From Octopus vulgaris (lineage: Eukaryota): a stretch of DNA of 64,000 bases. Each line of letters begins with the position of its first letter. Positions within the stretch are counted from its first letter, which is position 1. Of this stretch, positions 1-15,000 are shown piece after piece. The position numbers and the translations under genes are program-made. Below the pieces are notes generated by a model. It had not been told where the DNA came from and did no database searches. It saw only the letters and a list, made by a program, of their open reading frames with translations. The stretch is taken from positions 20,770,001-20,834,000 of the forward strand of contig OX597825.1 in NCBI GenBank assembly GCA_951406725.2. The letters run 5' to 3'.

Positions 1-276
1 ACACCCGTAGCCTTTATTTTCTTATTTTTAATGGTCCCCAAGTCAGATGACAGCAAGAGAGAAAGTCATCTGCAAACCACCACCACTATCACCATCATCA
101 TCATCTTCATCATTACACAACACACAGAGCAAGCACAACCTATACCACCACCCACAACTTAAACACACTCCTGTACCACATTGTGTAGCAACTTCACTCC
201 ATGACCATACACCACCACCACCAACACAAAGGACAATGACAACTACAACAGCAACAACAACAATATGTAGATATAC

Positions 277-391
277 CTTCTAATCTTTGCTTGTAGTATT
301 GGTTTTTAGCATAATATTTACGGAAAGCCTTCTGGATAACTCTAGCATATTTGTCAAACTTTCTCTCCCGGACTTCTTCCAATAAGAACAA
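277..391 (-). CDS. MYO1E: Myosin-I neck/IQ exon [38 protein letters not shown]
   Basis: 115 nt, acceptor tttcag, donor gtatat; IQ motif. Confidence 0.93.
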
Positions 392-3300
392 CTGAAATAA
401 AGAAAAGACAACTCTTCAACACAGGCATTATTCTTTTATAATTCTCTAATAATACATTATGTCTTTAATACACTACAGATTATTTGTCTGGTTTGGTATT
501 ACTATTATAATTTAGAAAATGGCAATTTATTTGATATGGTAGGCAATAAAAAACGTTCTTCAAACAATTTTCTTTTATTGCTTGAAATAATTATTTTGTA
601 TTTACGGAGATGTACTTGCATAGCAAGTGACCTGATCTGAGATCGTGTGCTGGAAGGAAAACAATTGCAGCATTGAAGGTGACAAATTATATTTAAATGT
701 CGAAGTGAATCTAACTGATTTTGCGTGTTTCTTAAATGGCTTATAAACACCTTCCACGCTGCAATTGTTTAATTATTTTGTAATTTTTTTAATAATTTTT
801 AAATAATATTAAACAATAGACGCAGGCATAGCTGTGTGGTAAAAAGCTTGCTTTGCTTCCAAACCATGTGGTCTTGGGTTCAGTCCCACTGCACAGCACC
901 TTGGGCAAATACCTTCAACTACAGTCCCATGCTGATTAAAGCGTGAATGGATTTGGTAGAAGGAAACCAACATAAATCTATTGTGTGTGTGTATGCATAT
1001 ATCATCATCATCATTTAACGTCCGCTTTCCATGCTAGCATGGGTTGAACGGTTCGACTGGGGTCTGGGAAGCCAGGAGGCTGCACCAGGCCCAGTTTGAT
1101 CTGGCAGTGTTTCTACAGCTTGATGCCCTTCCTAATGCCAAACACTCCGTGAGTGTGGTGGGTGCTTTTTACGTGCCAGACGAGGCTGGCAACGGCTATG
1201 ATCGGTTGGTGCTTTTTACATGCCACCGGCACGGAGGCCAATCAAGGCGGTGCTGGCATATATATATACATATACATACATACATACATATATATATATA
1301 GAATGTATGTCTGTTCTTCAATTCGGCTAGGGAATTCACCCTCAGCAGTTTCAGCCAAACTGATATCACCATTCCCATAAAATGGTACTTTACATTTCCT
1401 AATTGGAGGAGCCAGGTTGTAAACTGTTTTGCACATTGGTCCCCATGTAATAAAGCTCCCACATTAGTATTGAAGAAGAATTTCAGTACTTTATTCCATA
1501 GGTGTGAAGACTCAATGCATGCTTTTATTTCATCAGATCTTGTTTGTCTCAGAATGACTGGTAATGTCTGTCTGAAGTCTCCTGATAAAACTAATGCAAC
1601 TCCTTCCATATATGTATTGTTGCCTCTGATGTCCTTTAAGGTCTTACCAAGACCTTCCATTGCACCTCTATGTGACACAATGCAGTCATCCCAAATAATA
1701 AGGTGGCATTGGCACAACACTTCTGGTGAACCTGAATCTTTGCTTATGTTACAAATTGGACTATCACTTGCGACTAGGTTTAGTGTTTGATAATGGTGAA
1801 TTATCTATTTTGTAACAGGCTGAGATTATCTTATTTATATCGTGATTATTCTCCCAAGTAGAATTTATAATCCACGTCAGTTGGTCACCAGTTTATAACG
1901 TTGTGTTGGATTATCAGGTTTAAAATGTTTTTGACTTAGTGTGGATATAATTTATGATGAGTTCTAACTTGGAAAAGATAAGAAATATAAATGTTTATTG
2001 AGTAGAAATCTATAATGATAAACCTGTCACTTATAACTTGATTATAAGTATTATCACTATACATAAATCTTAACTCCATGATGAATTATATACACCAAGA
2101 CACTGGAACGTATATGTATGTTGAAGATAATTAAGCTCGCTCTTTTTCACAGCTATAATAACAGTTTCATAGTAACAGAAAAACCCAGTGTCTATTTACT
2201 CCCTCCACAACACTAATCTCAAAAAGTCTTCTTGTGAAACTGGCAAAAATTTTAGTATGCTGAGCGAAATGCTTAGCAGGATTTCATCTGCTGCTGAGTT
2301 CAAATTTTGCCGAAGTCAGCTTAGCTTTTCATCCTTTTGGGGTTGATTAAGTAAGTACCAGTTACATACTGGGGTCGATATAATCGACTTAATCCCTTCC
2401 CCCAGATTTGAGGAGGCCTTGTGCTTTCAGTACAAAGAATTATACTATATATATAATATATGATTGGCTTCCACAAAGATACCTATTTTTTTATTGCCAA
2501 CAAGGGGCTAAACACAGAGGGGACAAACAAGGACAGACAAAGGGATTAAGTCAATTACATCGATCCCAATGTGAAACTGGTACTTAATTTATTGACCTCG
2601 AAAGGACAAAAGGCAAAGTCAACCTCAGCAGAATTTGAACTCACAATGTAATGGCAGACAAAATACCACTAAGCATTTTGCCCAGCATGCTAACGTTTCT
2701 GCCAGATCACCGCCTTCACACAGTTTCTACCAACCAAATCCACTCACAAGGCACTGGGTGACACAGGGTTATAGTAAAATCTATTTATCCAAGGGGCTGT
2801 GCAGTGGGACTGAACCCAAATCTACGTGATTGCAAAGTGAGCTTCTTAACTACACAGCCATACCTGTACCATTTGTGAGTGGGGGAGTAGGTGTGTGTGT
2901 TTGTGTGTTTGTGTGTGTGTGTGTGTGTGTGTCTCCTTGTTTTGACATCACGTTAATGCTGTAAATGAGTTCCACTGTCATACAAGCAGTGTCATTCATT
3001 TTTGATATTCCTTAAGAACCTGTCCAGCCATTGGGGAAATATAACCTCACTTGGAAGCAAAGTAAAGGACGGTGCCAGGAAGAGCGTCCAGCCATAGAAA
3101 AATTTGTCTCCATTAAACTTCCCCCAACAGATGCAAGCATGTTTGAAAGGAAGACATTAAAACAATTACGATGATGTCATGTGACCTCACACAACACCAC
3201 ACCCAAGCAACATCCTACATTCCACAGTACATCCTTACAAGCTACCCCAGATCTGACATGACAATGCATATCTAGACCCAGAAATATCATACCCCACACA

Positions 3301-3688
3301 CACATTTCTGCCTCATACTCGCCATCGCCATCGCACACACCCTCTATACCCAAGATAGCTCCACATTCCATCAATACTTCTAGTCCCAGTACCACACACC
3401 CCCACTAATAACCCAGATTCAACACTCTACCCAAAATATATATTGACTGATTCACAACTAATATATTCAGAAATAAACCCCATGCTGTCATCATCATTAT
3501 CATCATCATCATCATTATTATCATTATTGTTATTATTCTGTTGTTATTGTAATTGTTACTATCGCTATTATTACTATTATTATTATTATTTTTATTTTTA
3601 TTATTATTATTATTATCATTATTATTATTACTATTACTATTATTATTATTATTATTATTATCATTATCATCATTATTATTACTATTAC

Positions 3689-3733
<45 letters not shown>

Positions 3734-3772
3734 CATTATTGACTTGAATGTCTTTGTTCTTATATATATATA

Positions 3773-3858
<86 letters not shown>

Positions 3859-3922
3859 CATACATATATATAGATATATATATATATATATTTATATATA
3901 TGTGTATATATATCATCATCAA

Positions 3923-3959
<37 letters not shown>

Positions 3960-3961
3960 TA

Positions 3962-4009
<48 letters not shown>

Positions 4010-4038
4010 TATATATATATATTTATATACACACACAC

Positions 4039-4073
<35 letters not shown>

Positions 4074-7000
4074 TCTTTTAAAATCTAATTAAGGTTCGTT
4101 ATCTATATTCTAATTTTGCAGAGTTCATGTTATTTTATAAATTCCATTGTTCTTGCGTGTATGTACGCACGCGCACACATGTGTGTGTGTCTGTGTGTGT
4201 GCGTGTGTCTTATTTTATTCTTTCACTTGTTTCAAACATAGGACTACTGTGGCCATGCTGGGGCACCAAAATTGTAATATTTAGTTGATCATATTTAATG
4301 CCATACTTGTTTTGAAGTCCTGCTGCTCATTTTATTTAATATCTTTTTCCATGCTGTCATTGGTCGGCTAGTGTGACCAGAGCTGGCAAGGGTAGGATCT
4401 AAACATAAACACAGAGAGAGACATACTCCCATAGACACACACAAACACATACATATACATATTCATACATCATCATCATCATCATCATCATTTAATATCT
4501 GTTTTCCATGCTGGCATGGGTTGGGTGGTTTGACAGGAAATGGCAAGGCTAGGATCTGCACCGGGTTCCACAATCTGTTTTGGACTGGTTGCTACAGCTG
4601 CATGCTCTTCCTAACACCAACCACTTTACACAGTGTACTAGATGCTTTTTGTGTAGCACTATCATCAGTGCATTTTTATGTGGCACCAGCCCCAGTGCTT
4701 TTTATGTAGCACCATCATCAGTGCTTTTGTATGTGATACCATCACCATTGTTTTTGGGTGTTAAAGTATGAAAGGGGATGGGCAGAGAAACCATCTTTAT
4801 TATCTTCATTTAACATCCATCTTCTATGGGTTGGATGGTTTGACAGGATAAGATAATTTGTCAGTGATGGTCACATTTGTCTACAAGTTGACAGCTGCTA
4901 TAGTTTGATCAATAAGTATCTGGGCTGTTACCATAGTAACAAAACTAAAGCACACAGAGTGAAGCTGTTCAGCACAGATTGACCTTGAACTCTGCTGTGT
5001 AGGCGCCATAAGTTTTAACGTTCTAGCTCACTTCCGTTATTTATAGCATTGCTTGGAAGGAAGGTGTGTAGCGTGTGATTATTGAATTGACCATGACAAA
5101 GTTGAGCAGAGAATCTGCATCAAATTTTGCAAAAAGCTTGGCTATACCTGCTCAGAAGCCTATGCAAAGTTTTCAAAAAGTTTTCATCATTCTTGACACA
5201 ATCAAGGAGATCTTGTGCAACTGAAACCCAAGTGCCTTTTTGGTCAGCTGAAAGCAGTTTTTGCACAAACTTGGCAGACATGCATCTCATACCCAAATCT
5301 TCACTGATAATGGACTGAACTGAACCGTAATTATTCTGCACATCCTCTGACAACTCACAGATGGTGATTCGACAATTTCCCCTCAAAGCTGCATGCACAT
5401 TCGCGATGTTTTTCTCAGTTCTGTTAATTGTGGGTCCCCCAGAACGTTCATCACTTTCAACATTTTTTCAGCCACCTTGGAAAAGTCTGAACCACTCATA
5501 CATTTGTGTGCTGCTTATATACCCCTCTCCATACACTTTCTGTAACTTTGTGTAGGCCTCTGAGCAGGTATCGCCATGACAACTTTCTCTGTCATGGTCA
5601 ATGCGACGATCACACACTACACACCTTCCTTCCAAGCACTGCTGTAAACAGTGGAAGTGAGCTAGAATGTTAGAACTTAGCACACATGCACAGCAGAGTT
5701 CAAGGTCAATTTTTACCAAGTGGCTTCACTCTGCATGCTTTAACTTTGTTACTATGGCAACAGTCTGAATACTTATTGATCAGACTATCAGATGGTAACC
5801 TACTTACAGCTGAGTGGACTGGAGCAACATGAAATGAAGTGTCTTGCTCAAGAACACAATGTGCTGCTCAATCTAGGAATCAAACCCATGTTCTAGAGAT
5901 CACAAGTGCTATGCAAATTTCACTAATTTGTTTAATTCCAACCAGTTCAGTCACAACTGAGGTAATTTATTGTCTTGGTTTCAATATTTTAAAATCTATT
6001 CAAATATGTTTCTTACCGATTCAGGATTTTTGATGAAAACTTTGGTTTTTCCCAACTGAAATTGGTCTGGCGATATATTCACAGAATCCATCAGATGTTT
6101 GATGCCTCGAAGCATATCTCCTCTCCATTGAGGCCAAGTTTCAGGAGTGAGGATGGCGTATCTGTTATCAAAAGAGAGCATCGTTAAGAATGGTAAGTTG
6201 AGAGGGTAAAAAAATAAAACCTGACCATACCTACAGATTCTTGGATTATCATCTATATTATCATCATCATCATCATCATCATCAACACCAGCATCATCAT
6301 CATCACCATCATTACTATCATCATCCTTATTATCCAGCACTATCATCATTATCATCATCCCAATTATCACATTGATCGTTGTCATCACTATCATTATTAT
6401 CATCATCGTCATCATTGTTGTCGTCGTCATCATCATGTTCATCATCATCGCTTTCACTACCCTTATCGTCATGGTCATTATCATTATCACTACCTCCACC
6501 CCCACCACCTTCATCATCGAAGTTGTCGTTGTTGTCATCATCATTGTCGTCATCGCCACCATCATTGTTGTCATCATGTTCATCATCATCGTTTTCATTG
6601 CCATTGTCATCATCGTTATCATTATTACTACCACCACCATCAACATCATAGTCATCATCATCATCATCATTGTCATCATCATCGTCATCATCATCGTCGT
6701 CATCGTCATCATGATTATTACTACCACCACGATCAACATCATCGTTATCATCATCATCGTCATCATCATCGTCATCATCGTCGTCATCATGATTATTACT
6801 ACCACCACCATCAACATCATCGTCACCATCATCGTCGTCATCATCCTCATCGACATCATCATCATCATGCCCATCATCATCATTATCATCGTCATCACCG
6901 TTACCAAGATTTTTAACAGGATTACCAAAATGTCAGTGAGTTGAAGATGACTCAGAGGATAACCATCCATCTTGAAGAGTAATTGAAGGGTAAATGATGC

Positions 7001-7918
7001 GATTACCATTTTCACTGGGATTATCTTCTTTTTGATTGGCCTAAATATCAGAATTGTACCCATGACTTTTTGATGGATCTCTGAGAGTGATGTGATTGAT
7101 GCTTCTAACCCTTTCTCTACCTTTATATCACTCAGAATGAATGGAACAAGAGCTAAGTAAAAGGCTCAAAACAAACATGGACATTTAGGGACAAACTTGT
7201 GAAAATGCTTCAATCAGGCAAAGAGTTTAATGTTCCTCTTGATCTGGTTGCAAAAACTTTAGATTGTCTCAAAACTTATTAGACAAGAGCTAAATAAAAT
7301 GTCTAAAAAGCAATGCTAATAATTCTGCCAGCTCACTACCTTGGACAAGCAAAAAAAATGATGTAGCTCTTGAAGGAATTGCAAAAGCTTTATAATATTC
7401 CAAAACATGTAGGTTGAATGGAAACAAAAAAAACCAACTATTCCAGAATGTCTCTCGTAATTTTAATCCCTACAACATGAAGCTGCAGTTTTCAAAGATC
7501 TCCCAAGAATCCAATTCGTTGCAAAATATTACAGTTCAATTAAATTATTCAAAAACAGCACACACACACACAATGTTACAATAAAACTCATATTTCTTGT
7601 TAAATACATCTACTCAGAGTTTCTAGCTTGAAGCAATAATTCATTTCACCATTTTTCAAACTAACAGAAAGACTGCTTGGGGAATTGTATTTAACAAGAA
7701 TTCTGGTTTTTATTATACTATTATCTTTACTCATAGCTGTTCGCGTACTGTTCTACTTGTTGAAACCTTACCACATAATTAAATATTTATATCACCTTGA
7801 TCACTTTGACCGACCAGTCCATCGGGCGTCCATTTGACACCGCTGGTCACAGCATGCTGTCCACTCCTCTCTGGATCGGTGGAGTTACAATTTCAGGAGG
7901 ACGATTGGGATCACGTGG

Positions 7919-7962
<44 letters not shown>

Positions 7963-10900
7963 GTAATCCAGTTGTACTCATAAAAAAACCCCCTTTGTTT
8001 GTCATAGCATAAACCATATAGAGTATATAGTAATATACATGTATGTTTTTTATATATATATATATTCAAGTAATCCAGTCGTACTCATAAAAACCTCCTT
8101 TGTTTGTCATAGCATAAACCATATAGAGTATATAGTAATATACATGTATGTTCTTTATATATATATATATTCAAGTAATCCAGTCGTACTCATAAAAACC
8201 TCCTTTGTTTGTCATAGCATAAACCATATAGAGTATATAGTAATATACATGTATGTTCTTTACCTGTTCATAAATTTGAGAAATTCTCTTCGGTAAGCAA
8301 ACCCAGCACGTCGGACTCTGATATTCTCCTTAAGACCTAAGTATTCTATTTGGTGAACAACACTGAAAATAGAAAGGATATAAGGATATAATGTAGAGAC
8401 ATCAATAAACAATAGTTTGACTCTTCATCAATACATACATACACTGCCCCACTGCCACCACCACCACCGCTCCGTGGTCAACATTATTTCAACATCTTTT
8501 TTTCCATTCTTACATGGGTCAGATAGAATTCATTGAGGTAGATTTTCTATGGCTGGATGCTTTTCCTGTTGTCAACACTCACCTGTTTTCAAGCATGGTA
8601 ATACTTCCTCATGGCTTGACATGTTTTCATGGAAGACTGGAAATGAATGACACCACTTGCATGACAGTGGCACTCATTTACAACTATCATGCGGACATAC
8701 ATTCCAGACTGCATTTAAATTGCTTCAGCTGAAATTGCAAAGGTAATCTAGAACTCGACTGAGGAAAGAAAACTCCGAATGACCTGTACTTGTTTTCTTT
8801 GTATCGTCTATCTGGAGGTTTTGTTGTCCCTTTTTTGTATCACCTAACTATCTGGATGTTTTGCATTCTTTGTCCGATTTTGTATTTATATATGTATACC
8901 ACATTTTACTTTCTTCATAAAAATGCAAGGCCACACTGGATAATAAAGTCTTGAATATATAAATAAACGAAATGGTCAAGATGGAAATGCCTTTAAGCAA
9001 AGACTCGCTTGATTCTAAGCTGACCAACAGCTAAACAACAACATATAATCATGAGTATGGTCACTAAAATTACAACTTACCGATTCTCTTCCCAGTCAAA
9101 AGGTTTTTTTGTTTCATTTGGTTTGATGCATCGGATATAGTGAGGTGTACACTGCATTAACTTCTCTACCAATAAATTAGCCTGAGTCTGAAGATTTAAG
9201 AAGAATACATATCAATTGTGAGAACTCAATCAGTCATTGTCATGTGAAATAATATATGAATACCTCTTTATCAGAGGTGGAGGCACATGGCTTAGTGGTT
9301 AGGGTGTTAGCATCATGATCATAAGATTGTGGTTTCGATTCCTGGACTGGGTGACGCTTTGTGTTCTTCAACAAAACACTTCATTTCACGTTGCTCCAGT
9401 CCACTCAGCTGGCAAAAAGGAGTAACGCTGCGATGGACTGGCATCCCATCCAACTGGGGAACACATACACCATAGAAATCGGGAAACTGGGCCCATGAGC
9501 CTGGATAGGCTTTCAAAGGGGCATATTTTTTATTTTTTCTTCATCAGAGCTGCGATAGGAAGTGTGGGGCTCAATTAAGGAATTATCAGTGGGGCCCTCT
9601 TACTCAACAAAAACTGAAGATTGATGCTTTCTGCTTCGTGTTATATGCCAGTCCTTGCCAAAAAGCATTGAGGGCTTGAGGCTCCACCAATGTTTTTTTT
9701 TTAATTCTCATATCTCTAAAAAAAATAAAACAATAAAAAACCCCAAGATGGACAAATTCAATAATGTAATTATAGAAATTCTACAATTGGTAAAAGAGGA
9801 CCAAATGCTTGTGGCTGATTTATCTTTGATCATGGAGTAAGTCAGTTCATTTAAGGCTGACTTGGGATAAAACAATAACATCAGAATTTAAATAAAAAAT
9901 TATTTTAAAAAATAGAAAAAAATATATTATTATATTTTGGGATGGTCATTGTTTTTTTTTCTTGCCAAACATAGGTAATATATATCCATTGTTCACTCGT
10001 TAATTATTGTTCTAATTTTATGTCCATTGTCTGGATGGACTAGACAGAACAGGATGAAATATGTGGGATGGAGAGTCACTGAAGAGGTCACAGGTGTGTG
10101 ACAACGAAAGATTTCCAGACAATGGGCATAAAAGAAGAACAATAATAAACAAGTGAAGAAGGAATATATAGAGTGTGTGTTCATTTGGCTAGAAAGCAAA
10201 AAATAGACCATCCTGAAGTATAACAATGTTTGTTTCAATACATGATTTCACATCAAGAATCCTGCAAAAAAAAAATCATAAATAGATACAAAAGATATAA
10301 TAAAATACGAAAGAAAAAAACAAATAAACAAATAAACAAACCTTAATTTTTCCCCCAGCAGTTGTAGGGCGCCCTTTCTTGGCATCCTTGAGATTCTCTG
10401 GAAATAACTTACGGATGAATTCACTGAAAAGAAATATTAAAAGATGGTAATATAACTCAAGGGATTGCCCCAGCATGGTCACAGTGCACTGACTGAAAGA
10501 AGTAAAAGATACGAGATAAAAGGTCGGTGGCTCGGCAGAGTTGATAGGGGGTCAGAATGGATGAATAACATTTTAATGTAATGCAATAAAGTATAGACGA
10601 AAGAGTTGCTCTTCAGAAATGTGCCTCTTTGGGACTAGCACTTTCCTTAAAGCCAGCCATAATATAATCAAAGAGTTACTTCAACTGTTAATATAGTTGA
10701 AGAAATTATAACCTGAAATCTAAACCGCCATCTCTACAGAACTGCTTCTACACACTCAGAGAGATCCAAAATGGGATCCAAATCAAGGTTAAGTCATTGA
10801 CATGAAGAGGCTCACAGACATATTGTCTCCTCTCTCTTTTTTTTTTTCTACTGTTATTATAATCAAGATGAGACAGTTAGGTGCAGCTGTTTGGCTGTAG

Positions 10901-11987
10901 ATGGTTTGGTATGGCTGACTGAACATTCAGGTGACAGTGCGTTTTGTCACTAGAGGCAGACACATGCGCAGACACACACACACATATTCATGTACAGATA
11001 AAGAGAATGAGAGAGAGAAACATATAAATAGAGATATAGATATATACATGTATATATATATATACATATAAAAAGCAGCATCCGATTGTGGCCGTTGCCA
11101 GCCTCGCCTAGCCTCCGTGCCGGTGGCACGTAAAAAGTACCATCCGATCATGACCGTTTGCCAACCTCGCCTGGAACCTGTGTCGGTGGCACATAAAAAG
11201 CACCCACTACACTCATGGAGTGGTTGGCATTAGGAAGGGCATCCAGCCATAGAAACAGTGCCAGATCAGACTGGGCCTGGTGCAGCCTTCTGGCTTTCCA
11301 GACCCCAGTTGAACCGTCCAACCCATGCTAGCATGGAAAACGGATGTTAAACGATGATGATGATCATGATCATGATGATGATATATATATATCCACATAT
11401 ATATACATATAGAAATATCTATATATACATATAGAAATATAAATACACACACACACACACACACACATCTATAGAAGACACTTGCCCAAGTTGTCACACA
11501 TTAGGACTGAAACCAAGTAGGTGGGAAGCAAGCTTCTTTACCACACAGCAACACCTGCAACCCTAATTCACATTGTTTTCAATTAATCATGCTTTGTCTC
11601 ACAGCTTCAAGATTTCAATTCAATGATGGGATTGTATAGTTTTTCAGAACGACATTGTAGGATAGGTGCAAGAGGCCAGATCTGGCCAGTTTCAACATAA
11701 AACAGGCAGACTATTTTGGCCAGATTTGGTCAGTTTAAATGCTTAGGACAAGACTTACCATTCGCTGGTCTGCATCATTTCAATTAAATCTTGGAACAAA
11801 ACATCTCGGTTTTTATCACAGAAATTATCTACGGAATAATCTACCTGCAAAAAAGAAAATAATTGAATGTTTATGTGTGAAGTAAGCATGTTTATTAAAT
11901 GTACAATTATGTTCGAATTTTACCTTTTTTTTATTTTTGTATTTTTCATACTTTAAGAGTTGGTTTAGAATAGTAGAGTTCCTAAAA

Positions 11988-12071
<84 letters not shown>

Positions 12072-15000
12072 AAGTGTATGTACACCACTTTTAGTCTTTT
12101 ATTCTTTTACTTGTTTCAGTCATTTGACTGCGGCCATGCTGGAGCACCGCCTTTAGTCGAGCAAATCGACCCCAGGGCTTATTCTTTTGTAAGCCCAGTA
12201 CTTATTCAATCGGTCTCTTTTGCCGAACCGCTAAGTTACGGGGACATAAACACACCAGCATCGGTTGTCAAGCAATGCTAGGGGGACAAACACAGACACA
12301 CAAACACACACGCACACACGTATATATATACATATATACGACGGGCTTCTTTCATTTTCCGTCTACCAAATCCACTCACAAGGCTTTGGTCGGCCCGAGG
12401 CTATAGTAGAAGACACCTGCCCAAGGTGCCACGCAGTGGGACTGAACCCAGAACCATGTGGTTGGTAAGCAAGCTACTTACCACACAGCCACTCCTGCGC
12501 ATATATATATATATAAAATAAAATACAAAATGGGACAAGAACGCAAAACATCCAGACAACTAGGTGATACAAAAGGGGACAACAAAACATCCAGATAGAC
12601 GATACAAAAAAAACAAGGACAGGTCATTCGAAGCCTTTCAGCCGAAATTGCAAGGATGATCCGGTTCTTGACTGAAGATACTATCTTTCATTTTTTATTT
12701 GCTTCAGTCACTGGACTGTGGCCATGTTGGGGTACTGCCTGGAAGGGTTTTAGCTGGACAATTCCCTCCCAGTACTCATTCTTTTATTCTTCTATTCTTA
12801 TACTTGTTTCAGTCATTTGACTGTGGCCATGCTGGAGCACCACCTTCAGTTGAACAAATCATCCCCAGGACTTATTCTTTGTAAGCCTAGTACTTATTCT
12901 ATTGGTCTCTTTTCTCAAACTGCTAAGTTACGGAGACATAAATACACCAACATTAGTTGTCAAGCAATGGTAGGGGGACAAACACAGACACACTCACAAA
13001 TATATACATACATACATACATATATATGTATATATATACCATTTGCCATGATAGATCACTAGTGACTACACTTTCTTTATTTTCTCACCTTGTTTCTTTC
13101 TGTGTTCCTTTCTGTGGAAGAGCGTAGGCTCGAAACATTAAAGACTTCTTCACTTCCCAAGTGTTAAACTAATACATCGGTTTGTTGTCTACACCACTTG
13201 TCTTCATCTTTTGTTTTTTTGTGAATTCTGCCCCTATATTTTGCAAGATTCCCGATGTGAAATCATGTGTTGAAACAGATATTGTTGTATTTCAGGATGG
13301 TCTTTTTATTTATTTATTTTTATTTATTTATTTATTTTTTGCCAAAGAAACACACACACACACACACACTATAAATTTATAAATAAGAAAAGTAATAAAA
13401 ATATATAGTGCATGTGTTTATTCAGCAAAAAAAAAAAAAAAAATTACCATCCCAAAATACACTATATATATATATATATATATGACGGGCTGCTTTCAGT
13501 TTCTGTCTACCAAATCCACTCACAAGGCTTTGGTCGACCTGAGGCTATAGTATAAAACACTTGCCAAAGGTGCCACGCAGTGGGACTGAACCCAGAACCA
13601 TGTGGTTGGGAAGCTAGCTTCTTACCACACAGTCACTCCTGCACCTTCTTTTTTTTCTTCTTTTAAATCTTGTACTTATTCTATCAGTTTCATAAACTGA
13701 GCCACTAAGTTACAGGCGCATAAACAAACCAACACCAGTTGTCAAGCAGTGCGATGGGTGACAGACAAAAATACAAAGACACACACATAGACATATATAC
13801 ATATATATATCACAGGTTTTCACACAGTTTCCATTTAGTAAATTTACTCAACCTGAGGCCGAAACTGAATGTAAAGCAGACAAAATTCAGATGAACAAAT
13901 TGACATAAAAAAAAAAAGAATTATCAAAAAGCAAAAAAAAAAATCTATAACTTACTTTCCCAGCATAATGGAACAGGATGAAACCTTGGTCATTCCCAAT
14001 GTAGTATTCTGAATCTAAGCCTTGGAGTCTCTAATGAAATAAATAAGTAATAGCAATCATTAAGAAATTAGCAATCAATATATAGATTGATCTCTGTTGA
14101 ACAATAAACAAAAAAAGTAAAGTTTGGAAAGAGAACCAGCTTTCAAGACTGTCACCATTGCATCGAGTATAATGATTTGATCAGCAAATCCTCTTCAACG
14201 ATTGACAATCAACGGCAGGAGGAGCTGGTGTGGATCACACTATCCCAAAGTGTGTAGGCATGTGAAGGGGACCACATGTGAACTTGTATTTCCATTGACA
14301 ACTCTGAACATGGACTCTACGCATCAATGGTGAATGATGAGTATGTCTATGGCATAGCCATTACAGCGATAGAAATGTAGTTAGATGGGGGATGGATAAA
14401 TATATATGTATTGATCAACATCAATGGAAATCGTAGCTGTGATACCAGTGCCGGTGGCACATAAGAGAACCATCCGAATGTGGCCATTACCAGTGCCGCC
14501 CCGACTGGCCTCCGTGCCAGTGGCACGTAAAAAGCACCATCCGACCATGGCTGTTTGCCAGCCTCGTCTGGCACGTAAAAAGCACCCACTACACTCATGG
14601 AGTGGTTGGCATTAGGAAGGGCATCCAGCCATAGAAACATTACCAGATCAGACTGGGCCTGGTGCAGCCTTCTGGCTTCCCAGACCCCAGTTGAACCGTC
14701 CAACCCATGCCAGCATGGAAAGCGGACACTAAATGATGATGATGATGATGTTGATTACTAAGTTGATGGGTACATTGGTAGATATATAGATAAGTAGATA
14801 GTTAAGTAAGTAGGTAGGTAAGTATGTTGGTAGGTAGGTAGGTAAGTAGGTAGGTAGGTAAGTAGGTAGGTAGGTAGGTAAGTAGGTAGATAGGTAGATA
14901 GGTAGGTAGATAGGTAGGTAGGTAGGTTAATAGGTAGGTAGGTAGGTAGGTTGGTAGGTAGGCAGGCAGGTAGGTCAATAGGTAGGTATGTACATGCACA

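Noticed and set aside
1790-2220. ATGATGA box C-like words suggesting a snoRNA
   Set aside because: Antisense to the host gene, with no convincing box D or terminal stem
6162-6195. TTCTTAAC near the acceptor, resembling a U12 branch point
   Set aside because: The paired donor at 8263 is gtaaag, a U2 type
5996-7063. 355-aa minus-strand ORF
   Set aside because: Mostly a (CAT)n tract read through into the true exon 6017-6161
8700-8890. Repeat shared with 12510-12680 containing CTGAGGA/CTGAAGA
   Set aside because: Real dispersed repeat, but no stem II plus GAAA could be fitted
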